Shown here: positions 1-12,247 of the stretch, piece after piece
How the letters are laid out: each line of letters begins with the position of its first letter
How positions within the stretch are numbered: position 1 is the first letter of the stretch
Origin: Felis catus
Taxonomy: Eukaryota
NCBI RefSeq assembly: GCF_018350175.1
Contig: NC_058368.1
Location: forward strand, 141,672,001 to 141,736,000
Reading direction: 5' to 3'
Length of the DNA stretch: 64,000 bases
Translations under genes and position numbers: made by a program
The notes under the pieces: model-generated
Databases searched by the model: none
Told to the model about the DNA's origin: nothing
Seen by the model: the letters and a program-made list of their open reading frames with translations, nothing else

Positions 1-220
1 TTTTTTAATGTTTATTTTAGAGAGAGAGAGCGCGCGCGCGCGCGCGCGCGCGCGCGTGAGTGGGGGAGGGGCAGAGAGAGAGGGAGACACAGAATCAGAA
101 GCATGCTCCAGGCTCTGAGCTGTCAGCACAGAGCCTGACTCAGGGCTGGAACCCACGAACCGTGAGATCATGACCTGAGTGGAAGTTGGATGCTTAACTG
201 ACTCAGCCACCCAGGCACCC
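1..220 (-). mobile_element. CanSINE (SINEC, felid type) containing (CG)13
   Basis: Reverse-strand T-tail, (AG)n, SINE body and CCACCCAGGCACCC head at ~209-220. Confidence 0.95.
31..56. repeat. (CG)13 microsatellite
   Basis: Uninterrupted cgcg run, directly visible. Confidence 0.97.
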
Positions 221-810
221 TTAAAGTATCTTTAGATGCAAATAAATAAATCCTTCAGTAAATCCTCCTCCTCTACCTCTACCTGGGTTCTATACACAGT
301 GGATGCTAAATGCAATAAATACTATCATCTGACTGGCTGGCACACTGAAATACAATTTCAAGTGACACAGCAAAACTATGAAATACTGGGGGGAGGGGTG
401 GGGAAAGAGGTTCAAAACAAAACAAAAAACCAACAGACTCACCAAAGCAAAATGCTACAGTTAGAAATCCAGTAGATCATTAGTATAAAGCTACTGGGAG
501 GTCCTTTAAGGCAAAGAAACAACAGCAGCTGAACCCACCCACCAAAAGATTATGCAGCGAGGGCTCTTGCTACTGTCAAGGATCTTCATTCAGGCAATAA
601 AAGCCAATGTAAGTCTTCATAATCTCCCTTTTGCCTTGGTTTTGTGCTGATTTGCAGGAGTTCCCCTCAGCCTAGGTTTTCTGGTGTAAACACCTATCTT
701 TTCCAACCCCCAACTCTATCTCTACCCTTTTGTCCTTTTTTTTCTTTGTTTTAATGATCTTGTATCTGTGACTTTACTGTAAACCAGTAATTAATATAAC
801 GCAAAGACCT

Positions 811-831
811 CTGCTGCTGCTGCTGCTGCTG
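811..831. repeat. (CTG)7 microsatellite
   Basis: Directly visible. Confidence 0.9.
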
Positions 832-984
832 TGTGTATCCAGGCTCTCAAGGACAGTGTGTGTTTATCTGTGTCTGTACTATATTGTACACTTGAAGCTA
901 TGGATTAAGATCATGGAGTTTGGTCCCACCCTTAAGGATTGGGAATCAGGTGAAAGTGTTCCCAGTGTCAGGAGTTGACACTGG

Positions 985-1228
985 TGGTAAAGAGCATGAA
1001 CTGGGCCAGACTGTCTAAGGTCACATCCTAGCTCTATTTCTTACTCATTTTGCAAAATTGGACAAGTTACTAATCTCTCTACATCCCAGTTTTTTCCTCT
1101 GTAAAATGTGGGTGATAATAATACCCACCTCATCAGGTTGTTACAAAACTTAAATAAGTTAATATTTGTAAATTGCTGAGGAGAGTGCTGGTAATTATTA
1201 AGCGCCATACAAAGCGTTCATTAAATAG
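985..1228 (+). mobile_element. MIR SINE fossil
   Basis: Core-like ggacaagttactaatctctct...cagttttttcctctgtaaaatg...ataataatacccacctca. Confidence 0.8.
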
Positions 1229-1337
1229 ATCAGTCATCTGGGAAAGAGGTCCTAAACAGGAAACGAAGAACACAGTAGGATGCATATTCATTTGACTATA
1301 GAAATGTCAATTCATGAGATCACACAAAATTCATGTT

Positions 1338-1456
1338 TGACTGTCAACTCCCTATAAAAAGGACCCATGTTCCACTTATTCATCACTATATCCCAACAGA
1401 TAGCAATGCCTGGCACATAGTTGGTACTCGATAAATATTTCTTGAATGAATAAATG
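1338..1456 (+). mobile_element. L2 3' end fragment
   Basis: tgcctggcacatagttggtactcgataaatatttcttgaatgaataaatg terminus. Confidence 0.75.
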
Positions 1457-1997
1457 CTGCTTTAAAACTTTTTTCCCATTTAACAGTATGTCAGGGAACT
1501 TGCCCATTCCAGAATGGACTGCTAAAATAATCTGAAACATCCCCTCCCTCACACATACACCATTTTTCTCTGGGCCTTGTTCCTTTGGGTCTGGACTTTG
1601 AGGAAGTAGACTGACAGGTCACTTCTTGTTAGTGTAAGAGAGTACTAACCACAGGAGCCCTGCAGGACCATGCCCTAGGGCATTTGAAATACAAATTATG
1701 TAACCTGTATTTCTCACTGTTTGGCACCCTTTTGTTTTATTATCCCTAAACTTTAATTGAGTTCTTTTTAAATTTTCCAGCCTGGGACTTAGATGAACTA
1801 TGGGAATGAATCTGTAGCGCGACTCTGTAAGGGATACATTTATGAACATTTGAGATTGAGGGCTGAAAAGATCCCCAGGACTTGGGGGAATCTTTCAGAA
1901 CAAGGGGAAAGCATAGTTCTCTCCTCCCTGAGTGGCAATTCTTCCATTGCTACTCTTGAAGAATTGCAGTAATATTTTTACTAAAGAACACTGCTAA

Positions 1998-2202
1998 GGG
2001 GCACTTGCGTGGCTCAGTCAGTTGAGTGTCTGGCGCTTGATTTTGGCTCAGGTCATGATCTCACCGTTTAGGAGATGGAGCCCTGTATCAGGCTCTGCGC
2101 TGGCAGCACGGAGCCTGCTTGGGATTCCCTCTTTTCTCTCTCTGCCTCTCCGCCACTCTCTCTCTCTCTGTGTCAAATTAAATAAACATTAAAAAAAAAA
2201 AA
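1998..2202 (+). mobile_element. CanSINE
   Basis: GGGGCAC head, (CT)n, AATAAA and A-tail; TSD aaagaacactgc at 1983 and 2203. Confidence 0.95.
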
Positions 2203-2849
2203 AAAGAACACTGCAGATTCCCTTATAAATAACAAGTTGTTTTCCCCAGAGCTTACAGAGCTATAAGCTCAGTCTCACCATCACTTCATGCTATTCTCTC
2301 CCAATTGACTCCAAGCTCCTCAAGATTAGTTACCACATTATATTCATCTTAGTGCCCCCAGCATCAAACTTAATGGCTAGGTGTTTGGAGAGGCAAAGTA
2401 AGTCTTTTCTGAGTTAAAGAAAAATCAAATATGGAATTGAGATAGATTTCTAATTCTGACAAAAACAAAGACTGGTCATGTCTTTACCTTCCTGGAACTC
2501 TGAGACAAACTGCATGCAGTGAGACCGAAACAGTGCTGAACGCAATTGCTCTGATGCTGTACTTCTGTTGAATAAAACCAGGTGGCCAACTGGAGAAGCC
2601 ATCCCTGGGGATATAAATAAAGAAACACTGTTGATAAAAGTATATTTTTTGTGAAATGTCTCTGATAATTACCTCTGGGTGCATGAAAGACTTGAAATGT
2701 TTCCTTCATCATTAGGAATTGCACCTCTTCTGAAGAGACCTAGACCTGCTTTCTTCTCTGTTACTTGTACAGTTTTTCAAATTTTCGTGGCCCTCCCTCT
2801 AACTGGAGCCACTGCAGTGGCACCCAGTGACGCGCAGACTGTGACCAGC

Positions 2850-3162
2850 ATTGAATGACTACAACCTGGAAGTGCCTTGCTTCAGGCCTAGGCCATGAGC
2901 CCCACAGAGACAGCAGACAGGCCTGGGAAACTTCTCAGTTCACATGTGTACAGAAGCCAATATTGCAGTGGTACAGGAGCCTGTGGATCAAATGCTCCCA
3001 TCTTCAGTTCTCCAGGCAGTAGACACATTTCATAAAATGCTTCAGATGGTCCCATGGAATCAAATACCAGTCACCTGTAGCACTTGATGAACTCAATAAT
3101 CCATGGTTGCTTTTTCTTTTTTTCTTTTGGCAAGAGAGACAGAGAGGGTGTAAGTGAGCAAG

Positions 3163-3204
<42 letters not shown>

Positions 3205-3397
3205 AGTTGAGGTTCACCCAAAGAGGGGATCCGGCTCACCCCATGTGGGAGTCGAACTCACGAAACATGAGATCATGACCTGAGCCCAAGTCAGATACTT
3301 AACAACTGAGCCAGCAAGGTGCCCACATTTTTTTTCTTTCCCTGTTTCATTTATCCATTGTTCACTCCTGGCCTTCAGAATCACTTTCCAAATAAAT
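2850..3397 (+). mobile_element. Old ERVL-class LTR (LTR33/LTR16-like), interrupted by a SINE
   Basis: 3' part 'ccctgtttcattt...aatcactttccaaataaa' resembles ERVL LTR ends; lies directly upstream of the ERV-L pol relic; family uncertain. Confidence 0.45.
3111..3324 (-). mobile_element. CanSINE variant with (GA)n
   Basis: Reverse SINE head (gagatcatgacctgagc...gagccagcaaggtgccc) and T-rich tail. Confidence 0.85.
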
Positions 3398-3821
3398 GGG
3401 GTAGTAATATGCTGCATTTGGGAATACTATTCTGACGGATTAATCAAGGTAATCAGAACACTGCCAGCTTTGAATGGGGCACAGAGCAAGAGTAGGTTCT
3501 GCATCCAGTTTGGGCTGCAGTACAAGCTCCCCTGCTATTCAGGCCATATGACTCAGCAGTTCTAATGATGCTGATGTATCTGGTGGATAAGGATCCTGGG
3601 TGGAGTCTCTGGTAAACCCCAAGAGGAGAGCAGCACATAGGCCATGCCTATAGTGGTAGAGAAGTACTCACTTTTTGAAAGACAACTCCAGAAACACTCT
3701 GGGCCCTAGTAGAGACTTAGAATTGATAATGTGACACCAAGAAACTATAGGGCCTAAGCCACCAATTATCAGAGGAGCATTATCAGAGTCACTATGAGTG
3801 GGTTTAATGGGAATCCATTGT

Positions 3822-4010
3822 GGGGCGCCTGAGTGGCTTAGTCAGTTGAGTGTCCGACTCCTGATTTCGGCTCAGGTCCATGATCCCAGGGATATGGGAC
3901 CAAGCCCGCATTGGGCTCCATGCTGACTCTGGAGCCTGCTTAAGATTCTCTCTCTCTGTCTCTCCTCTGCCCCTCTCCCCTGCTCTCTCTCTCAAAAAAA
4001 TTAAAAATAA
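3822..4010 (+). mobile_element. CanSINE inserted in ERV-L
   Basis: GGGGCGCCTG head, (CT)n, A-rich tail; TSD-like aatccattgt/aatccaccgt. Confidence 0.93.
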
Positions 4011-4652
4011 TATTAATCCACCGTGCAAAAATGGTACACCGGGGATTGAGCCCGAGCTGGTCATAGAAGTGCTAGGTAAATTTGTAGGACATCCAACTCT
4101 GTTAGTTTTGCCAACTCTATGGCCTCCCTGGGGATTCCCTTTGACCAAAGTCTTCTAACGGAGAAGGAAAATTTGGATCTCATCCGCAGATGGGTCGGTA
4201 CAGGAAGTTGATGTTAACTGTATAGGGACAGTTGCTGCACAATAGTCCACTCAGAGGTTGCCCTAGAGGACACCTGGAAAGAGAAGTCTTCCCCCTGCTG
4301 CAAAGCTACCAATGGAATACTTGGTCAGTGGCTTTATATAGATAGTGAAGTGCCCTGAGGTATGGATTCCTGGGCAGTGATGAATGGCTTGACTGGTTGG
4401 TCAGAGGCCTGAAAGAAACAAATTTGGCAGAAAAAGAAAAAGAAATATGGGAAAGACACCAGGAGTACACACAAAGCTTGTGATTTTGTGTCTCGTGTTA
4501 ATGCCCCCCAAAGAGCATTGACCACTGTGGAAATAGTCACTAACCAAACTGACAAAATGACTTGTCCTATGGATGCCAAACAGCTTGTCTATTCAGCCAC
4601 CACGGTGCAAGTAGCCAGTGAGCAGAGTAGCCAGTGTAGCAGAGATGGGGGC

Positions 4653-5157
4653 TGTGGTAGGCAGCCTCTCAGATGACCACTAAGGATTCCTGCCTCCGGG
4701 CAGTCCTGTCCTTGCGTAATCTGCTCTCCGTGAACGTGGATTTATTGATTCAACTCCAACAAACAGAATATGGCAGAAGTGATGGAATGTCACCTCTGAC
4801 ATTAGATTATAAAAAGGGCTGCCACCTTGTGTGCCCTTTCTTGGTTTCTCTTTGGTCATTCACAATGTAGATAGCCAGTTGCCAAGTCATAAGGCAGCCC
4901 TGTGGAGAAGGCCATGGGATGAGTGACTGAGGCTTGCCAACAACCACGTAAGTGAGCTTGGAAGAGGAACTGAGCCTCCAGACGAGACTGCAATCTCAGT
5001 CTACAGACTGACTGCTATCTCTTAAAACAGCTTAAGGCAGAGGCACTCAGCTAAACTGTACTAATTCCTGCCCTATAGAAACTGTGAGATAATGTTTGTT
5101 GTTTTAAGCCACTAACTTTTGGGGTAATTTGTTATGCAGCAAGAGATAACTAATGCA
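4653..5157 (+). mobile_element. MaLR solo LTR (MLT1-type) inserted in ERV-L
   Basis: TGTGGTAGGCAG start; end ttttaagccactaacttttggggtaatttgttatgcagcaagagataactaatgca. Confidence 0.85.
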
Positions 5158-5369
5158 GAGCCTACGTATGGGCTCCCTTTCATCAAGCCTGACCTAGCTG
5201 CTGCCATTAGTGAATGTCTAACCTGCCAGCAGTAGAGACCAATACTGAGCCCTTGAAATGGCACTATTCCAGGAGAAGACTATCTGGTTGAGAGCTTGGT
5301 TACATAGGATGCCTTTCTCCCAGGAGTGTCCACTGTGGCAACCATGGGAATATACCACTCAGGTCTACC

Positions 5370-5597
5370 TTTTTTTTTTTTTAATTTTTTAATGCTAATT
5401 TATTTTAGAGAGAGAGACAGAGAGACAGAGTCCAAGTGAGGGAGGGGCAGAGAGAGAGGGAGATACAGAATCCAAAGCAGGGTCCAGGCTATGAGCTGTC
5501 AGCACAGAGCCCAACGTGGGGCTTAAACCCACAAACCGCAAGATCATGACCTGAGCCAAAGTCGAACACTTAACTGACTGAGCCACCCAGGCGTCCC
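5370..5597 (-). mobile_element. CanSINE
   Basis: Reverse SINE; TSD ctcaggt(c/t)taccttt. Confidence 0.95.
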
Positions 5598-5629
5598 TCA
5601 GGTTTACCTTTTAAGAGAAACCTCTTAAA

Positions 5630-6267
5630 TGTGGAGCATAGTTAAATGTCAGCCTTCAGCTTCTATGCCTTTGGATTCATGTATTCACACCAAGGACATG
5701 CTTCTCTCCCAGAAAATTACTGAGCACAGCAGTGGTATTAGAGCCAAATGATTCCTGTCCAATGTGGGGTTCCTCTAATGGGAACCTTTACTCAGGAACT
5801 TCCTATTAACCTGGGAAGACTTTATAAGAACTTCACTGAAGTCTAAAGCTCTTCCTAAAAAAAAATTTATTTCTTTTTTTAAATGTTTTTTTTTATTATT
5901 TTTGCGAGAGAGAGAGAGACAGAGAGACAGAGAGACAGAGAGACAGAGAGACAGGGAGACAGAGGATCCCAAGCAGGCTCTGTGCTGACAGTGCAGGGCT
6001 GGAACTCATGAACTGTAAGATCATGACCTGAGCCAAAGTTGGATGCTTAACCAACTGAGCCACCCAGGAACCCCTAAAGCCCTTTCTATCCAATCTTTCC
6101 TCTGTCCTTTTCATACATGTCAGACCAGCCCTGTGTTGCAGTGTAAAGTTTTTCCCAGCTTACTCTGCTCCCTCCCTTCATGTTCTTTACAGGTGTTTCC
6201 TTCAATAGATTCTTGCCTGTCTAATCCTATCTTGGCTTCTGCTTCTTGAAGGATCTAAACTGACACA
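5630..6267 (+). mobile_element. LTR16-like ERVL LTR, interrupted by a SINE
   Basis: 3' end aatagattcttgcctgtctaatcctatcttggcttctgcttcttgaaggatctaaactgacaca. Confidence 0.65.
5866..6073 (-). mobile_element. CanSINE with (GAGAGACA)n expansion
   Basis: Reverse SINE head ends ...cacccaggaacccc. Confidence 0.93.
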
Positions 6268-6831
6268 GGCACTGATTTATCCTTACCATAATTGACATCT
6301 GTTGTAGACAGGGATTGGCTTATTGACAGGGTATTACATTCAACACTGCCTGAGATCAAAAGAAGTATAACAATGAAACCACAGAATCCCCTGGTCTTAC
6401 CATATGCCTCATCACCTAGAAGCAACCAGTTTAACAGAATGATAGAATACCACATGAAAGACTCAGCTAATGTGACAACTTGGGGACAGTACACTGTATG
6501 GTTGGGGCACCATTCCCCAGGATATGATATATGCACGGAACAAAGAGCTGACATTGCATACCTCAACGCAAAGAATACATGGAATGGAACCAAGAAACCA
6601 AGTGGTGGAAATAGGATAGGCATCTTTTACCATCACATCTAGTAACCTACTTGTGGTATTTGTTCTTATTGTCATGCCACCTTAGGCTCTGTTAGATTCA
6701 AGGTCCTAGTTCCATGGAGAATACTTCCACTATAGGAAATAACAAGAATTCCACTGACTTTAAAGCTATGCCTTCTATCGGATACTACTATGCTATTGCT
6801 TTGGGCTCCTTATGTGAGTGGACTACCAGAC

Positions 6832-6833
<2 letters not shown>

Positions 6834-6879
<46 letters not shown>
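6834..6879. repeat. (GA)n microsatellite within the ERV-L dUTPase relic
   Basis: Directly visible. Confidence 0.95.
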
Positions 6880-6882
<3 letters not shown>

Positions 6883-7239
6883 TGCTATCCTGGTAGTGGG
6901 AATTGATCCTAAATACCATGAGGAGCTAGGGTTATGACTTCACAGTAGATGCAGGGAACAAAGTGTCTAAAACTTAGGGCATTCTCTAGGGGGTATTGTT
7001 TTAAGCCACCAAGTTTGCGTTATTTGTTACAGCAGCAATGGGAAACGAATATACTATCAGCTGATGTCACCTGTGGCCCAGTCTTCTTTTCTCTGCCAAA
7101 GCATGTTTCTACTAACCCCAAGAGCATCAGCCAGGACATTAGTCACATCACTTCTGACTGAGCACATGACTTCTTAGGAACTTGTGGAGTCTGGCTGCAG
7201 CTCACCAAAAATGGAGCCTACCCAAGATGATTTTACAGA

Positions 7240-7700
7240 ACACACATATGCTGAACATATGCATGTCCTGTAACTCACAAATTGTTCTGCAAGTATCAGG
7301 TACAAATGCTTACATAGGTTTCCTAAAAGACATACATAAGAATGTTCAGGTAGGATTATTTATAATGGCAAGAAACTGGAAACAACATAACACTGTGGCT
7401 TGCTTTTTCACTCTTTGAGTGGTATATTCAATGAACAGAAGTTCTCAATTTTACACTTAGATTTTAGCAATCTAGTTATGACATTTCCCCCTTTATAGTG
7501 AGTGTTCTTTGTATCCTATTTAAAAAATCTTTGCCTACACACAAGGTCATGAAGATATTCTTATGTTTTATTATAGATGATTGTTTTAAGCTTTCACATT
7601 TAGATCCACATTCCACTAGAATTCATATTTGTATATGGTGTGAGGTAGAGGTCAATGTCAAATTTTTTACTATATTAATTCATCTCTGTTTAAAGCCCTC
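7240..7700. mobile_element. Old L1M fragments (plus strand, then minus strand)
   Basis: aagaatgttc...atggcaagaaactggaaacaac followed by reverse L1-like aaatctttgcct...aaggtcatgaagatattc. Confidence 0.6.
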
Positions 7701-7742
7701 CCCATACTATACTTCCTGCTATATTCATAAACTGTTAGTAGT

Positions 7743-7947
7743 GGGGCACCTGAGTGGCTCGGTTGGTTAAGCCTCTGACTCTTGATTTTGGTTCAGGTCA
7801 TGATCTCATGGTTTGTGAGATCAAGCTCTGCATCGGGCTCTGTGCTGACAGCACAAGCTTCCTTGGGGTTCTCCCCCTCTCTCTGTCCCTCCTCCTGTGC
7901 TCTCTCTCTTAAAATAAATACACATGTAAAGTAAAAAAATTAAAAAA
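7743..7947 (+). mobile_element. CanSINE
   Basis: GGGGCACCTG head, (CT)n, AATAAA, A-rich tail. Confidence 0.93.
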
Positions 7948-7974
7948 CAGTGGCATCTATAATAGACACTATTA

Positions 7975-8437
7975 ACTGGTTTATCCAACATCATTCCCCA
8001 AATCCTTCTTCCTTACCTGCTTCCATTGTAGGGCCTATTTTCTCAACCTCCCTTGTGGCTAGAGGTCTCTAGGTGCACAGTTCTGGGCAATTACAGATAA
8101 GTGGAAATATGTAGGTGGTTGCTGCAAATGACTTGGATTTCTAGATAAAAGGGATAAAGTCTGTTATCTGCCCCCTTCCCACTTCTTCCAGGAAAGTAGA
8201 TGGAATAACTGAAATTAAAATATCCATCTTTCAATCATAAGGAAAGGCAAAATTTCAGAGACACCATCCTGACACTACTGAGCTGCTGTTTCAAAACCCA
8301 AATCAAAACCAAAACAATCAGCTATGTCTATTCATGTGATAAATATGAATAAGGATAAAACAAATCCTTAGGTATTCAAGCTACTCTTTATGAGGTTTCT
8401 ATTACTAGCAGTCCAAAGGATTTTTCTAACTGATACA
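7975..8437 (+). mobile_element. Old MaLR LTR (MLT1J/K-like)
   Basis: ctcccttgtggctagagg... and end ttcaagctact...ctaactgataca. Confidence 0.6.
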
Positions 8438-9498
8438 GAATCGATTAGGACTTCATGTATATGTCTGTTGGGGAAAGGGGAAGATATAACCATTGGATCC
8501 CTGGAATATGTCTATGAAAACAAAAATATCTCCAACTGTGGCTTTCATAACATGTTGTGTTCTCATTGTATGCGTGTACTAAACATGCAACTTAAATGGC
8601 TACAGGTCACAGAGTATGGATGCTGGATGGCTACATGTTTTAGACAATAGAAATTCTATACAGGCATCAAGAGAATATAATGCTTTTGTCAGTGACTTAG
8701 AGAGGGCCCTATTTACAGCTGAACAGGTATCTGATATAACAATTCATTGTTCTGACACATATTGCAATCATGATGTGCAGTTTTTAATGCATCATGTTAC
8801 ATTAGCTAGGCCATAGTCTAATACCGTGTAACATAAATTTTGCCAAAAGGAATGACATTACATGACACTGACTTTTAAAAGACACACACTATTTTTTCAG
8901 ATCACATACCTTTTATCCATGAGTGCCCAATTCAAAAATCAAGCTGGCAGACAAAAGTGGAGTGAATGTGTAGCCTTAAAGCAGCATATTTATCTTGAGT
9001 AGTTTTGCACATTTCTACCTGTAGTCAATGATTCCATTCCATTTTTATGTTGAAATGCATGAGCAACATTAATGGACCTTTTTTTGTCACCTGAAGTAAG
9101 ACTTTTATTCAGGGTCAATCAAGAGAGACCTGAAAGGTGTTTTTGGATTTCATGCTATGGATAAAATCTTTTTATGTGTTTATCATGAGCTCTATGACTA
9201 TTTTATTTGAAACTATCACCAAAATATTTATGATTATTTTATTTTTATCCTATCTATGACTCTTTATTCCTTTCAATAAGATATTTTCCCTAGGTGTGAA
9301 ATATTTTCAGTTGTCATTATATATTCTTTTTTGATAACAATACGAAATGTAACATGAAAGGCATAAGGATTTTTGGACAACAGATTCCAGTTTCTAGATT
9401 ATAAAAAGAATATTCTAAATACTGGTTCACTTTGTGATTCATTCATATAGGTTTTTGAATTTAAATTACTTGCTTCTTTTACAAATTATCTTCCAACT

Positions 9499-9719
9499 GG
9501 GGCGTCTGGGTGGCTCAGTCGGTTAACTGAGTCAGTCGGTCTGACTTTGACTCAGGTCATGATCTTGCGGTTCATGAGTTTGAGTCAGGCTCTGTGCTGA
9601 CAGCTCAGAGCCTGCAGCCTGGAGCCTGCTTTGGATTCTGTGTCTCCCCCTCTCTCTGCCCCTCCCCAGCTTGCACTCTCTTTCTCTCAAGAATAAATAA
9701 ATATTAAAAATTTTTTTAA
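9499..9719 (+). mobile_element. CanSINE
   Basis: TSD aaattatcttccaac on both sides. Confidence 0.95.
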
Positions 9720-9899
9720 AAATTATCTTCCAACAGAGTTTCTTACCTATTACAGTAAATTACTTAAGGTTTAGGGAATTCTTTATGGTTTTAAACCTAA
9801 CATAAAAAAAAATTAAGCTATCATCTGCCAAGGGGAAGAAAGTCTTTTTGAAATAGATTTTTCTCTAATATTTTAAAATAATATAAAGATATTACTGTA

Positions 9900-10124
9900 G
9901 GAGCGCCTGGGTGGCGCAGTCGGTTAAGCGTCCGACTTCAGCCAGGTCACGATCTCGCGGTCCGTGGGTTCGAGCCCCGCGTCAGGCTCTGGGCTGATGG
10001 CTCAGAGCCTGGAGCCTGTTTCCTATTCTGTGTCTCCCTCTCTCTCTGCCCCTCCCCCGTTCATGCTCTGTCTCTCTCTGTACCAAAAATAAATAAAAGT
10101 TGAAAAAAAAAAGTTAAAAAAAAA
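9900..10124 (+). mobile_element. Young cat-type SINE (SINEC_Fc-like)
   Basis: CpG-intact consensus gcgcctgggtggcgcagtcggttaagcgtccgacttcagccagg; TSD aaagatattactgt. Confidence 0.96.
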
Positions 10125-10589
10125 AGATATTACTGTTAATTGAAGAGAGAAATTTCATTTAAACTTCCACAACTTCCAATTCCAACATTACTACTCTAAT
10201 ATTTAATTACTGTATTGTCATTTAATTATTACCACAATTATTTTCCTTCCCTTATTACCATATTTTTTGAACATGCACGGGTGGGTATGATTGCCATTTA
10301 ATCATATAATTGAGATTTTTAAGAATTCTTTCCATATAAGATTTACATGCTTCCAAATGATTTGGAAACTTAAGAGCTGAAAGAACTCAACCGATTTTCC
10401 TTGTTTTTTTGGCCACATAAGAAATCACAGTAATGGAATTCAATACAGTTGAATTCAGTACAACTGGAGGTCTCCATGACGGCAAGTATACGTAATTAAT
10501 GACTGATTTTTTTCCCCCACTCTTGTTTTTCCCCACTCTCTACTCAAATGTTTTGGCGTTCAGCCATGCAGCCATGCTCCAGAAATGAT

Positions 10590-10815
10590 TAAAAGTAGGG
10601 ATTTAGGTCTTGGCTAAGACAGGTTCTTACTGGATAAATTGCAGTAATTCACTAATTCTCTCTGACACTCCGTTTCCTCAACTGTAAAGTGGAGATAAAA
10701 TATCTGTCACACAGGGTTGTGGTTGTTGTGAAAATTATACAAGACAATGTATATCAAGGAGCTAGCACGATGTGTGGCACATCGTAAGTACTCAATAAAT
10801 GGTAACTATTATTAT
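10590..10815 (+). mobile_element. MIR fossil
   Basis: gtttcctcaactgtaaagtggagataa...cagggttgt...ggcacatcgtaagtactcaataaatggtaactattatt. Confidence 0.8.
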
Positions 10816-11403
10816 CCTTACTCATGTAGGCAAAAAAAAAAAAAAAATCCCAGAATTGATGCTCTTCAGTAAAATAATAAATTTAATAAATAAGAATTAA
10901 TGATAATTAATAAAACTTGATAAATTGTGGAGCAAATTTATTTTTTTCAATGAACTTGCAAAGAATTCTAATAGAAACCACCACTTATCTATAAACGAAG
11001 GTTATAATTGATACAAATATCATAGGATTGATCTTCTGCAAACAGTAAATGAAAAGAATCCTCACATATTAAATCTATTATTGGTAATTTGCAATATTAA
11101 AATGTCCTTTAAATAAACACATTTAATATATTCTATGTAAATTTTTCCTGTTGGATTTAATGCTAGGATTTTATGTAACTCTGGAAAAACAATTAATTTT
11201 TTCATTTTCCTTCTGAAGACTTATGGAACGATAAAATGCAAAAGTGTGAATAAAGATATAATTCTTAAAATGTAGTAAATGCTCAATAAATGATCATTAT
11301 TATTTCCAAATATGGCAGAAGCTATGTAAGTGAATTTTTATCACTCTGATGGACATACTGTACATTAAAAAATATTTATAGCAATATTTAAAATAGTGCA
11401 TTT

Positions 11404-11817
11404 GGGATGCCTGGGTAGCTCAGTTGGTTAAGCGTCAGACTTTGGCTCAAGTCATGATCTTATAGTTCCTGAGTTCCAGCCCCACATTGGGCCTGCTTCA
11501 GATTCTGTGTTTCCCTCTCCCTCTGCCCCTCCCTGCTCATGCTCTGTTTCTCTCTCAAAAACAAACATTAAAACAAACAAACAAACAAACAAACAAAATA
11601 GCACATCTTAGGGGCACCTGGGCAGCCTCGATGGTTAAGTGTCTGACTTTGGCTCAGGTCATGATCTCATCATTCATTAGTTCGATCGCCATGTCAGGCT
11701 CTATGCTGACAGCTTAGAGCCTGGAGCCTGCTTCATATTCTGCATGTTCCTCTCTCTCTGCCCTCCTCTGCTTGTACTCTGTGTCTCAAAAATAAATAAA
11801 CATTAAAAAAATTTTTA
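11404..11817 (+). mobile_element. Two tandem CanSINEs (11404-11597 internally deleted; 11610-11817)
   Basis: Two heads and two tails; related target motif aaatagtgcatt / aaatagcacatctta / aaataatgcatctta. Confidence 0.92.
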
Positions 11818-11974
11818 AATAATGCATCTTAATGCAGCCTATACTTTTCTTTCAGTAGAACAAAAGAAAATTCATGTAGGGAAATTCCTAAGAGTTAAAG
11901 GAAAACAAAGATGAAAATAAAAAAAATTGCAGGAAAGCGTTTATTAGCATGTTCAATTATTTATTTAAAAAAAT

Positions 11975-12236
11975 GGGGGCACCTGATTGGCTCATTCTTG
12001 TCTTAGAATTCATGGATTCAACATATATCTCCATTGCCTTCATTTATATTTTATAGTTTTTAGTATATAAATCCTGCCCATATTTTGTAGGATTTATAGC
12101 TAAGTATTGCCTTTTGTGTGTGTATTATCATAAATTTAAAAAATTCTGATTTCTAATTGTTCAAACTCTCAATCTTGGGGTTGTGAGTTTGAACCCCATG
12201 TTGGGTATAGAGACTAATTAAAAAAATAAAATCTTC
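11975..12236 (+). mobile_element. Short CanSINE interrupted by a 164-bp templated insertion
   Basis: Head gggggcacctgattggctca resumes as actctcaatcttggggttgtgagtttgaacccc after 12164. Confidence 0.88.
12000..12163 (+). repeat. Direct copy of 14551-14714
   Basis: 164 bp with one mismatch by visual alignment. Confidence 0.95.
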
Positions 12237-12247
12237 AAAAACAAAAT

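Larger units (their letters stand above)
3440..6990 (+). pseudogene. Degenerate ERV-L (class III) internal region: RT connection/RNase H, integrase, dUTPase
   Basis: Hand translation: FEWGTEQE*VLHPVWAAVQAPLLFRPYD (~3470), DSWAVMNGLTGWS (~4365), VSRVNAPQRA (4488), ECLTCQQ*RPILSP (~5210), WSYHMPHHLEA (~6392), dUTPase-like GIDPKYHEELGL (~6900); many stops and frameshifts. Confidence 0.85.

Noticed and set aside
6292..6642. 116-aa ORF as a host gene
   Set aside because: Mostly off-frame reading of decayed ERV-L integrase
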